A stretch of 62,634 nt of DNA, the filler included, from Nitrospinota bacterium (GTDB lineage: Bacteria > JAUXIQ01), in the NCBI GenBank assembly GCA_030620925.1. It is 12 parts of 12 records of this genome, joined end to end, with 100 filler letters (N's around TTAATTAATTAA, not from the genome) between each part and the next. Parts side by side here need not be neighbours in the genome. Positions count along the whole stretch, not along the records: positions 49,787 to 56,902 come from JAUXIQ010000099.1; positions 57,003 to 59,574 come from JAUXIQ010000437.1; positions 59,675 to 62,634 come from JAUXIQ010000380.1; 9 more parts are not named here. The stretch is one strand, 5' to 3'. Of this stretch, positions 53,815 through 62,634 are shown one piece after another. Both the position numbers and the translations under genes were made by a program. The notes under the pieces are model-generated. The model had not been told where the DNA came from and made no database searches. It saw only the letters and a list, made by a program, of their open reading frames with translations. Every line of letters begins with the position of its first letter. The first letter of the stretch is position 1.

Positions 53815-54081
53815 TTGAATGAACTGATAATTTGTAGATGTGAAGAGGTAACAAAAGATGAGATTCTGGAGGCCATCGGCGCCGGGGCCATCTCTATAAA
53901 CGCCATAAAAAGATTGACCAGGGCGGGAATGGGCCTCTGCCAGGGAAAGATTTGCTGTCGACTGTTGAGCCTGCTGCTTTCCGATGAGCTCAAAACTCCG
54001 CTCGGCGAATTGGAACCTTATTCGGTCAGGCCGCCGGTGAGGCCGGTGAAGTTTTCTGCGTTGATAGCTGATGAAGAATGA
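53815..54081 (+). CDS. BFD-like [2Fe-2S] subunit
   Basis: ICRCEEV, TRAGMGLCQGKIC, RPPVRPV. Confidence 0.88.
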   Translation: MNELIICRCEEVTKDEILEAIGAGAISINAIKRLTRAGMGLCQGKICCRLLSLLLSDELKTPLGELEPYSVRPPVRPVKFSALIADEE

Positions 54082-54099
54082 AGAGGCGGTTAATATCTG

Positions 54100-55227
54100 A
54101 TGGAAAAAAGCAGCGACCGCATCGTGATAGCAGGAGGTGGAATCATAGGCTGCGCCATCGCCTATTACCTTGGTCTGAAAGGAGTCAAGTCCACGGTGAT
54201 AGAGCGCAGGGACGTGGGCTGTGAAGCCTCCAGCGCGGCGGCGGGGGGCCTCTGGCCCCAGGCGGAATCCTCTCGGCCCGGCATGTTCATGGACCTCTGC
54301 CTGGCCGGAAACGCAATGTTCGAGGAGCTTTCACGCCAACTTGAGCTGGATATAGAGTTCAGGCCGTCTGGCCTGCTGCACGTCGTTGAGGACGAGCAGT
54401 ACCGGGAAGAAGCTGAAAAGCTGATGGAATGGCAGCTAGACAGCGGCCTTAAAGTAGATTGGCTGGACGCTTCCGAAACCCTCAAACTTGAGCCTTCACT
54501 ATCAGAAGACGTAATGGGCTCCCTCTATTTCCCGGATGACAACCATCTGAACCCCCTCAGCCTCACCAGAGCATTCGCCGTGGGCGCCAAAAAATTAGGG
54601 GCGGAAATATCCACCGGCACGTCTGTCACGGGCATCAAGACCGTCTCGGGGCGGGTATCATCCTTGGTCACCGACCGTGGCGAAATCGGTGCGGACATCA
54701 TCATCAACGCCGCCGGCTGCTGGGCCGGCCAGGTGGGCGCCATGGTGGATATGGAGGTGCCCGTGGAACCTGTCCGGGGCCAGATAATACTCAGCGAACC
54801 GCTGCCACCGCTGTTCAAGAGGTGCATCGTAACCAGGGACGTCTACATTATTCAAAAACCGCGGGGGAACGTGGTGGTGGGCAGCACCCGGGAGTTCGTG
54901 GGTTACGACAAGAGCGTCACTCCCGAAGCCATTCACCTGCTGCACCGGGGAGCCGTAAAGGCCATACCCAGGCTCAAAAGCGTATCCTTCATAAGGGCCT
55001 GGGCGGGTCTCAGACCCTACACGCCCGACGAGATACCCATTATGGGTGCTTCCGATGGGCCGGAGGGTTTCCTGCTGGCCACCGGGCATTTCAGGAACGG
55101 TATACTGCTATCGGCTATAACCGGCAAGCTCATGTCTGAGCTGATAACCGATGGGAAAGCTTCAATCCCCCTGGAAGGCTATCGGTTGTCCCGGTTCCTG
55201 CGGGGCGCTGAAGTGGAACGCAAATAA
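54100..55227 (+). CDS. FAD-dependent D-amino-acid-oxidase-family protein (glycine oxidase ThiO / HcnC-like)
   Basis: AGGGIIG, ASSAAAGGLW, PVRGQ, VGSTRE, WAGLRP, TGHFRNGILLSAITG. Confidence 0.85.
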   Translation: MEKSSDRIVIAGGGIIGCAIAYYLGLKGVKSTVIERRDVGCEASSAAAGGLWPQAESSRPGMFMDLCLAGNAMFEELSRQLELDIEFRPSGLLHVVEDEQYREEAEKLMEWQLDSGLKVDWLDASETLKLEPSLSEDVMGSLYFPDDNHLNPLSLTRAFAVGAKKLGAEISTGTSVTGIKTVSGRVSSLVTDRGEIGADIIINAAGCWAGQVGAMVDMEVPVEPVRGQIILSEPLPPLFKRCIVTRDVYIIQKPRGNVVVGSTREFVGYDKSVTPEAIHLLHRGAVKAIPRLKSVSFIRAWAGLRPYTPDEIPIMGASDGPEGFLLATGHFRNGILLSAITGKLMSELITDGKASIPLEGYRLSRFLRGAEVERK

Positions 55228-55293
55228 CCCGTTTATTGATAGGGGAAAATAAGTGTTGACTTTATTCTTAAATTAGATGTAAATTTAGTTTAA

Positions 55294-55377
55294 GGCCGTA
55301 GGGGTGTTTTATTACTGAGAGTCTTTAAGACAACCCTTCGAACCTGATCTGGATAATCCCAGCGTAGGGAAGCGGCC
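55294..55377 (+). ncRNA. TPP riboswitch
   Basis: AGGGGTG..CTGAGA..ACCCTT.GAACCTGATCTGGATAAT.CCAGCGTAGGGA closed by GGCCG/CGGCC P1; upstream of thiS. Confidence 0.95.
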
Positions 55378-55408
55378 GGCTGAATCGAAAACATATAAAA
55401 CCAATTCA

Positions 55409-55441
55409 GGCCGCGCTTCCAGGTGAAGTGCGGCTTTTTTT
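55409..55441 (+). terminator. Terminator of the TPP riboswitch expression platform
   Basis: GGCCGCGCTTC-CAGGT-GAAGTGCGGCT-TTTTTT. Confidence 0.85.
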
Positions 55442-55468
55442 ATGATCACGCGGACGGAGCGCGAGGTA

Positions 55469-55669
55469 ATGAATATAACCGTAAACGGGGAAGAGATAAC
55501 CATTGAGAGCGTGGGCACCATCGAGGTACTCCTCCAGGTGCTGAAAATAAACCTGAAAGGCTGCGCCGTGGAGCGCAACAGGGAGATAGTTCCCAGGAGC
55601 AAGTTCACATCAACACCCGTCGAAGAAGGCGATCACCTGGAGGTCATTCAGATGGTGGGCGGCGGTTGA
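55469..55669 (+). CDS. thiS: Sulfur carrier protein ThiS
   Basis: 66 aa, [13 protein letters not shown]-terminal VGGG. Confidence 0.95.
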   Translation: MNITVNGEEITIESVGTIEVLLQVLKINLKGCAVERNREIVPRSKFTSTPVEEGDHLEVIQMVGGG

Positions 55670-55744
55670 GGGGCAACTCAGGTGAACGCTTTTTCAGGAA
55701 GGGACACCTCTGATAATCAACACTAAAAGAGAGGTAGCGGTAAA

Positions 55745-56533
55745 ATGACAACGAACTTTGAAGACGACTACCTTGAACTGGGAGGAAAAAAATTCAAATC
55801 CCGGCTCCTGGTGGGCACGGGCAAATACGATTCCTTCCAGCAGACAAGGGAGGCCATCGAGAAAGCGGGGGCCGAGATAGTCACCGTAGCCGTGCGCAGG
55901 GTGAATATTACCGATAGCTCGAAAGAATCGCTGCTGGAATACGTGGACCCCGAGAAATACACCATCCTCCCCAATACCGCCGGCTGCTATACCGCCGATG
56001 AAGCTGTGAGGACCTGCCAGCTCGCCAGGGAAGCCGGTGGCTGGAACATGGTGAAGCTGGAAGTCATCGGAGACGAGAAGACCCTGTTCCCGGATAATGA
56101 GGGGCTTCTCGAGGCGGCGAAAATCCTGATCAAAGATGGTTTCACCGTTCTTCCCTATACCAACGACGACCCGATTATGGCCAAAAAACTCGAAGAAGCG
56201 GGCTGTGCGGCGGTGATGCCGCTGGCCGCCCCCATCGGTTCGGGATTGGGCATCCGAAACCCTTACAACATCCGGATAATATTAGAACACGCCAGCGTGC
56301 CGATAATAGTCGATGCCGGAGTGGGGACCGCTTCCGACGCCGCCATCGCCATGGAGCTGGGCTGCCACGGAGTGCTGATGAACACGGGCATCGCCGGAGC
56401 CGATAACCCCATCCTGATGGCCGAAGCCATGAGGCAGGCCATTGAGGCGGGCAGGAAAGCCTACCTGGCGGGCAGAATACCCAAAAAGCTGTACGCCGCG
56501 GCCAGCAGCCCCATTGAGGGGACGATAGGGTGA
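55745..56533 (+). CDS. thiG: Thiazole synthase
   Basis: [36 protein letters not shown]. Confidence 0.97.
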   Translation: MTTNFEDDYLELGGKKFKSRLLVGTGKYDSFQQTREAIEKAGAEIVTVAVRRVNITDSSKESLLEYVDPEKYTILPNTAGCYTADEAVRTCQLAREAGGWNMVKLEVIGDEKTLFPDNEGLLEAAKILIKDGFTVLPYTNDDPIMAKKLEEAGCAAVMPLAAPIGSGLGIRNPYNIRIILEHASVPIIVDAGVGTASDAAIAMELGCHGVLMNTGIAGADNPILMAEAMRQAIEAGRKAYLAGRIPKKLYAAASSPIEGTIG

Positions 56534-56902
56534 GCGTACCATCCTCACGAAAAGATAAAGTGGATTTCAAGGTCTACCTTATCACCGACAGGAACCAGGC
56601 GCTGGACAGGCCGTTGGAGGAAGTGGTCGGCCGGGCCGTGGGAGCAGGGATCAAAGCCGTGCAGCTGAGGGAGAAGGACCTGCCCGGCCGGGACCTGTTC
56701 TTCCTCGCCGAGTCGCTGAGGAAAGTTACCGAAGGGGCGCGCCTTCTCATAAACGACCGCTCTGATATAGCGGCGGCGGTAGGTGCCGACGGGGTGCACC
56801 TGACGCAGAACAGCATCTCTCCAGGCTACGCAAGAAAACTGTTGGGGCCTGACAGTCTCATCGGGCAATCGACCCATTCAGTTGAGGAAGCCCGCATCGC
56901 CC
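56530..56902 (+). CDS. thiE: Thiamine-phosphate synthase, 3' truncated
   Basis: YLITD, QLREK, INDR, GVHL, STHS. Confidence 0.88.
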
Positions 56903-57002
56903 NNNNNNNNNNNNNNNNNNNNNNNNNNNNNNNNNNNNNNNNNNNNTTAATTAATTAANNNNNNNNNNNNNNNNNNNNNNNNNNNNNNNNNNNNNNNNNN
57001 NN
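56903..57002. other. Artificial contig linker
   Basis: N44-TTAATTAATTAA-N44. Confidence 0.98.
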
Positions 57003-58941
57003 ACTGCACCCCTTTTATATTCCTTAGCAGTTGATAGGGGGAGATGCCGTCTCGCTTCTCCACCTCCAACATACCGCTCAGGTCGGCGTCGGTCCCCTTG
57101 CTGGCGGCCAGGATGTTTCTGAATACCTCCTCGGCATCATAGTAGCCGTCGGCCTTCTTTTTGTAAGGAAACACTTTATCCGGGTCGAGCCCCAGCTTCC
57201 CGGCGATTTTCTTGCCCTCGTCGATGGTGATATCCAGGTCGGGCTTGGTGTTCTTAGGGCCTTCGATGGCTTTGTCGGTAACGTATATGCGTCGCTCTGA
57301 GTTTTGATAGGTGCCCCATTTCTCGCCCAGGGTTGACGCCGGCAGGACGATGTCCGAATATAGATTGTTGGGGGCGTGGCGGTAGGCCTCAGTGCTCACC
57401 GTGAAGGTCCTTGTGATGGCCGGCCGCACCAGGGTTTTGGTCTCCGGGAGGTCTATATGCGTGGCATACTTGAAGAAGATGACGTGCACCTCCCCCTTGA
57501 GGGCCCTCTCCATCATTCCGATGGCCATGCCCTTGTTGGGGCTGGCGGCGGTTTGGGCCAGCCTTTCATGAGATACGCCCCAGGCATCAGCTATTTTATT
57601 CCTGTGGGGCACGTTCTTAAGGCCCTGGTTAAAGGGAAGCCTGCCGGTCAGCCCACCCATCAGCCTCTCGCTCATGGCGTTTGGCTGGCCGGTCATGGAG
57701 AAGGGGCCGCAGCCCGGCCTGCCGATGTCGCCGGTAAGCAGGTGGAGGTTTACCAGGTTGATGGTCCTGTGCTGGCCGTGGATGGATTGGTTGAAGCCGA
57801 TGCCCCAAAAGGTCAGCACGCCGCCCTTGCCCCGCCGCCTGCCTCTTATGCTGGCTTCGGTCCAGGTCCTGGCGATTTCCCTTACCAGCGCCGGGGCCAG
57901 GCCCGTCCTGTCCACCACCTGTTCAGGGCTGTAACGGGCCATTATGCCTTCCCTGTAGCCGTCAAAATTCTCTGTGTTCTGCTTTATAAACCCCTGGTCA
58001 ACAGCCTGGGGAAATTCTTTCATTATCACGTGCGCTATGGCGTTATTGAGCGAGATGTCACCGTTGGGTCGAATGGTGACGCTGTAACTGTTAGAGGGGT
58101 TTATCTGCGCATAACCGCTCATGGAGCCCGTGTAGCGGGGGTCTACCACCATGGTTGGAATGTTGCGCTTCTCCTTGGTGGCGGCGACGCGCCAGAAGAT
58201 AACCGGGTGCGCGCCCCGGGGGTTATGGCCCCAGTGGTTTATGAAATCCGCCATTTCTATGTCGGCGTAGCAACTGGGAGGCGTATCCGAACCGAGCGTA
58301 GCGAAGTAGCCGGTGACCGCTGATGTCATACACATCCTGGCGTTGGCCTCGATGGTATTCGATTCGAGAACCCCCTTCATGAACTGGTTCTCAAGCCACT
58401 GCTCCTCCATGGTAAGCTGGCCGGAGCCGTAGAGTCCGATGGAGTTGCCGCCATATTTTTTCACTATCCCGGCTATCATGTCAGCGATGATTTCGCTGGC
58501 TTCCTCCCAGGTGCCTTCCCTGAACACATCATCCTCGAAGCGACCCTTGGTGGCCGAGACGTGGCCGGTGAGGGGGTCGGACATATCCTTCCTTATTAGC
58601 ACTTTATCCAACCGGTCCACGTAAAGCGCCTCCGCGGCGGTTAACCCTTTGATGCACTGGAGCCCCAAGTTCACCGGGGAGTCCTTGTCCGGTATGGCGG
58701 CCACGATCTTGCCGTTTTCCACCACGAAATTAGTGTGGCAGCCCACCCCGCAGTAAGGACACTGTGAGGGGACCAGCTTCCGCCCCGTCTCCGCCATAGC
58801 ATCGCCGGGAACGAAGTCGAACAGGTTGTTGTCCCGCTTCATAACATATCTGCCCAACACGCTGCCTGCGGCCAGGGAAGCTGCGGTATATTTCAGGAAA
58901 CTTCTGCGGTTAACCCCTTTCCCCGAATCATTTCTACTCAT
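57003..58941 (-). CDS. Tat-exported molybdopterin oxidoreductase of the nitrate reductase (NapA/NasA) family, 3' truncated
   Basis: NRRSFLK Tat motif, CPYCGVGC...CIKG [4Fe-4S], YGSGQ, NARMCM (Cys ligand), TGQPNAM, NSERR. Confidence 0.85.
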
Positions 58942-58999
58942 GGTCTTCACTCCCTCTATGATTGCTTACCCGCATATCCGGCGGGCGATACCTTTAGAT

Positions 59000-59574
59000 T
59001 TAATTGGAATCCCAGCTACGGATGTAGGTCACGATGTCGTCTATATCTTCCTCGGTGATCTCCACGAACCCCTGTTTCCCTTTGAGAAAGGCGGTCATGG
59101 GAGTCCCCACCCGGCCATAGATCAGGGTGGCTTTTATGAATCCATCCGAGGCCGATTTGAGAAACCCTTCGTTGTTGAGCGCCGGCGCGGAGTGTCCCGT
59201 AAAACCGGTGACCACCTTACCCAGAGCGGGGAATTCCTGCCCCTTCCCGTCGAAACCGTGGCACTGCGAGCAGATTCCGTCATAGAGGGCCTTGCCGTTT
59301 TCCTTGGAACCCTGTACAGGACCTTCCTGCAGCTCTTTCGATCCCTCTATCTGCCAGCTCTTCACGTAGTAGGCTATGGCCTTAATCTGTCGTTCGCTGA
59401 ACATCATTTCGAAGGAAGGCATAAGTCTTCCAAGGCGGCCATATTTTATAGTCTTGATGATATAATCAAGGGGTGATATTACGAGGTAGCTCTGGAGGTT
59501 CAGCGGAAGGCCGATCCCCCCCTCTCCGTCCTTTCCGTGGCAGGCGGCGCAATTCTGTTGATAAAGCGCCATGC
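59000..59574 (-). CDS. Diheme c-type cytochrome, 5' truncated
   Basis: CAACH and CSQCH, each followed by GR..M axial Met motif. Confidence 0.88.
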
Positions 59575-59674
59575 NNNNNNNNNNNNNNNNNNNNNNNNNN
59601 NNNNNNNNNNNNNNNNNNTTAATTAATTAANNNNNNNNNNNNNNNNNNNNNNNNNNNNNNNNNNNNNNNNNNNN
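59575..59674. other. Artificial contig linker
   Basis: N44-TTAATTAATTAA-N44. Confidence 0.98.
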
Positions 59675-61223
59675 CCAGCCGTTCAGGATAATACTGCTTG
59701 GCCATTTTCTGTTCGGTGAGGAAATCTATCATTTCCTGGAAGGTAAGCGTTTCTCCTTCCTTGAGGATTACGTAAGCGCAGCCTTTTTCCTGCATGCGTT
59801 CGTCGGGCATGGCAACGATGGCTGCGTTCATTATCTTGGGGTGCTTATGAAGGATGTTTTCCACTTCCACCACGGGGATGTTTTCCCCGCCCCGGATGAT
59901 GATATCCTTGGAGCGGCCTGAGATGCTGATGTAACCGTCTTTGTCCATGACCGCCCGGTCGCCGGTTTTGAACCAGCCCTCGGGCGTGAAATTCTCTTCG
60001 GTCAACTGGCGCCGCTTAAAGTATCCGCCGAAGTCGGCGGGGCCGCGGGCGAGCAGGTCTCCCTCCTGATCGGGGGGGAGCGGGCTGCCGTTATCGTCCA
60101 CCACCAGAACCTCCATCCCTTCGAGGATACTTCCGTCTGTCCCGTAGATCTTCTCTTCGGGGTCGTCAAGATCGTTGAGGGTGACCAGTGCGTTTTCCGT
60201 CTGGCCCCAGCCGGCGGATATGGCGCATCCCAGGGTTTCCTTTGCGTCCATCACCAGTTTGCGGGGGATGGACGCGCCGCCGCAGACGAATACCCTGAGT
60301 GAGCTGATGTCGCGTTGGGATATGTTGGGTGCGTAGGTCAGGTCGCTCAGGAATGGTGTGGCGCCCATGTTGTAGGTAACCTTCTCTGCTTCGATCAGCT
60401 CCACTCCTCTCTCCGCATCCCAGGCGTCCATGTAAACCCCTTTGCAGCCGAGCATGGTGGGCAATCGCACGCCGTATAGGAAGCCCGTCTGGTGGGCGAA
60501 GGTAGAAGCCATGAGGATCACGTCGTCCGAGCTCAACCTTAACCGCCCCGCTGTCCTTAGTACGGGATATACGAGGGTGTTGTGGGTGTGCATGACGCCT
60601 TTGGGCTCACCGGTGGTGCCTGAGGTGAAGATTACTTCGGTGACCGCGTTGGGGTCCACCTTTATGTCGTTCAGGGAGCGGGGGTCGCGCTTTTTCTCCC
60701 AGGGTGTGTCCATTAGCTCCTGGAAGGGTTTCATGCCCTGAGGCACGTTATCCCCGATGACGTAGATTTCTTCCAGGGATGTCAGCTCCGGGGCAAGCTC
60801 TTCCATCATCTCGGTGTAATCGAAACCGCGAAACCGGGAGGGGATGATCATTATCCTGGATTCGCACATATTTACCATGAACCCGATTTCTCGATGGCGG
60901 TAGATGGGGATAAGGGGGTTGCTCACCGCGCCTATTCGGGTGAGCGCAAAGTGGATGACGATGAACTGATGCCAGTTGGGGAGCTGAAAGGAGACGGCCT
61001 CGCCCGGCTGCACGCCCAGTTCCAGGAAGCCCAGGGCCAGGCGGTCCACCATGGCGCCCAGTTCGGCGTAGGTGAGTCTGCAGTGCGGGTCCACAATGGC
61101 CTCTTTATCCGGATAGTCGCTCACCGCCTGGTCCAGGTAGTCGCAGATGGTCTTGTTTATCCAGTATCCCGCATTCGTATATTCATTTATCATTTCCTCG
61201 GTGATACGAGTTTCGTATTTCAT
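59675..61223 (-). CDS. Acyl-CoA ligase, cyclohexanecarboxylate-CoA ligase (AliA-like), 3' truncated
   Basis: AGYW, FQLPNW, TSGTTGEPKGVMH, AHQTGFLYG, GATPFL, AGWGQTE, IIRGGENIPVVE. Confidence 0.8.
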
Positions 61224-61373
61224 GGATTATGCTCACCCCCTTTGTTCACCGTTTTCCCCGCGCGGAAGGTATGTTTTGTCAGGCGGTTTCCCCGTTCTTC
61301 AGGCCGGGTCTGCCTGTGGCAGGCATTATAAACATGGAGAGAGATCGATACAACCTTTTTAACACCAAACTCC

Positions 61374-61652
61374 GGTAGGAGCGGTATCTTGCCGCGTCTA
61401 GTAGGGCGACCGTCCCGTGTGACGGGATTACCCCTACGAATACCCAACCACGAAGTCTCAATGTAGGGGCGGGTTTGAACCCCGCCCAATTTGGGCGTAT
61501 GGAGTACGCCCCTACCCCCTGTTTATCCCGGCGATTTGAGGGATTGTATTCGGCCTTTGAAAGGGCGATCACAAGGATCGCCCCTACGACAACCAACGTT
61601 CCCAACAACGTCTCGTAGGGGCGTCCCGCGTTCTGCGGGACAGCGCCCCTGC
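61374..61652. repeat. REP/REPIN-like cluster
   Basis: GTAGGGCGACC...CCCCTAC (61401-61437), GTAGGGGCGGGTTTGAACCCCGCCC (61463-61487), GGGCGTATGGAGTACGCCCCTAC (61493-61515), GGGCGATCACAAGGATCGCCCCTAC (61563-61587), GTAGGGGCG...CGCCCCTGC (61615-61652). Confidence 0.85.
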
Positions 61653-61721
61653 CTCTCTCATCGCGCCTGGAAGGCGCTCTTGTAGCGATAGGTATGAGCG
61701 TGAGGTTAACTCCTGGGAAGC

Positions 61722-62634
61722 TCAGATATTGGCCTCCTCGTCTTCCCAGTAGCGCTGGCGCAGCTCGCGTTTCAGCACCTTTCCCGATGGGTTTCTCGGA
61801 AGCTGGTCTACGAATTCCGCCGACTTGGGTGTCTGGTAGCCTGCCAGTTGGCCGCGGCAGTGCTCTATGATCTCCTTTTCGCTCGCGGTCTGCCCTTCCT
61901 TCAGCACCACCACCGCTTTCACCGCCTCACCCCATTTCTCGTGGGGGACGCCGATGACCGATGCCTCCAGCACGGCGGGATGAGAATAGAGCACGTCTTC
62001 TATATCCTGGGGGAAGATGTTAACGCCCCCGCTGATGATCATGTCTTTCTTCCTGTCCACCAGGTAGAGGTAGCCCTCTTCGTCCAGCCGGCCCATGTCT
62101 CCGGTGAGAAACCATCCGTCCCGATAGGATTTTTCGGTAATTTCGGGGTTGTTGTAGTATTCCCGGAGGAGAGTGGGGCCTCTGGTCACGATTTCCCCCA
62201 TCTCGCCGGTGGGCACGTCGTTGCCTTTGTCGTCCACCACCCGCATCTCCATGTTGATGAAGGTCTGGCCCACGCAGCGAATTTTGCGTAGTTGGTCTTC
62301 GGGCCGCAGTTGGGTGATGAGGCCCGTCTCGGTGAGGCCGTAAAGCTCAAACAGCTCGCACTTGAAACGTTCCAGTATTCCGTTTTTGGTGCGGGAGGTG
62401 AGGGGAGCGGCGCCTGTTACCAGGATGCGGAGGGAACTGTAGTCGTACTTGTCGATATCCGGATGCTGTAGCATGATGTTGTACTGGGTGGGGACGAAGA
62501 TGGCGTTGGTGATCCGTTCCTTCTCGATGAGTCTCAGGGCCTCCTGGGGCTCGAAACTGCGCATGATGACAGTCGTGCCTCCTACGTAAAGCTGCATCAT
62601 GGAGAAGAACAGGGCGGCGTTGTGGTAGAGCGGC
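61722..62634 (-). CDS. Long-chain-fatty-acid/aryl-CoA ligase (AMP-binding), 5' part outside the window
   Basis: PLYHNAA, YGLTE, TGD, DRKKDMIISGG, PRNPSGK; frame open to window end. Confidence 0.9.
   Translation of the reverse strand, partial: PLYHNAALFFSMMQLYVGGTTVIMRSFEPQEALRLIEKERITNAIFVPTQYNIMLQHPDIDKYDYSSLRILVTGAAPLTSRTKNGILERFKCELFELYGLTETGLITQLRPEDQLRKIRCVGQTFINMEMRVVDDKGNDVPTGEMGEIVTRGPTLLREYYNNPEITEKSYRDGWFLTGDMGRLDEEGYLYLVDRKKDMIISGGVNIFPQDIEDVLYSHPAVLEASVIGVPHEKWGEAVKAVVVLKEGQTASEKEIIEHCRGQLAGYQTPKSAEFVDQLPRNPSGKVLKRELRQRYWEDEEANI

Noticed and set aside
51614-55227. Firm call as hcnABC or as plain thiO
   Set aside because: Subunit split and extra 4Fe-4S gene differ from Pseudomonas hcnABC and the motifs are mixed; substrate cannot be fixed without phylogeny or assay
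55312-55608. 98-aa minus-strand ORF
   Set aside because: Antisense to the TPP riboswitch and thiS
61220-61685. ORFs 61220-61489, 61279-61608 and 61491-61685
   Set aside because: They cover the REP cluster; apparent peptides are repeat translations

Overview
This window is not one locus. It is 12 draft-assembly (probably MAG) contig pieces joined by 11 identical 100-nt artificial spacers (N44-TTAATTAATTAA-N44, stops in all six frames), so gene neighbourhoods hold only inside a piece and the '...XXXLIN' ORF tails are artefacts. The organism looks like a GC-rich, diderm, largely anaerobic bacterium (AsmA/TamB-like protein, Tat-exported molybdoenzyme, multiheme cytochromes, 2-oxoacid:ferredoxin oxidoreductases, anaerobic cbi genes, a RACo corrinoid activator); the lineage cannot be fixed from sequence alone. 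Housekeeping content: trpG/pabA, hflX-aroK-aroC, hrcA-grpE-dnaJ-rsmE-purH, mnmG-rsmG-parA, the start of the dcw cluster (mraZ-rsmH-ftsL-ftsI-murE-murF), rml genes, a cobalamin-riboswitch cbi operon and a TPP-riboswitch thiS-thiG-thiE operon. Best candidate for a new system (inference): a five-gene Fe-S/flavin amino-acid dehydrogenase complex whose catalytic subunit has mixed ThiO/HcnC motifs and lies directly upstream of thiSGE, possibly an O2-independent source of dehydroglycine. Also notable: the 3' half of tRNA-fMet marking an integration (att) site, a GTAG-type REP/REPIN family with nested ~17-bp mini-palindromes, an IPCT/DIPPS fusion, a PorA-PorB fusion, a Tat-signal NasA/NapA-like reductase with a diheme cytochrome, and a frameshifted TPR-multiheme cytochrome gene. 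All family assignments come from motif recognition, not database searches.
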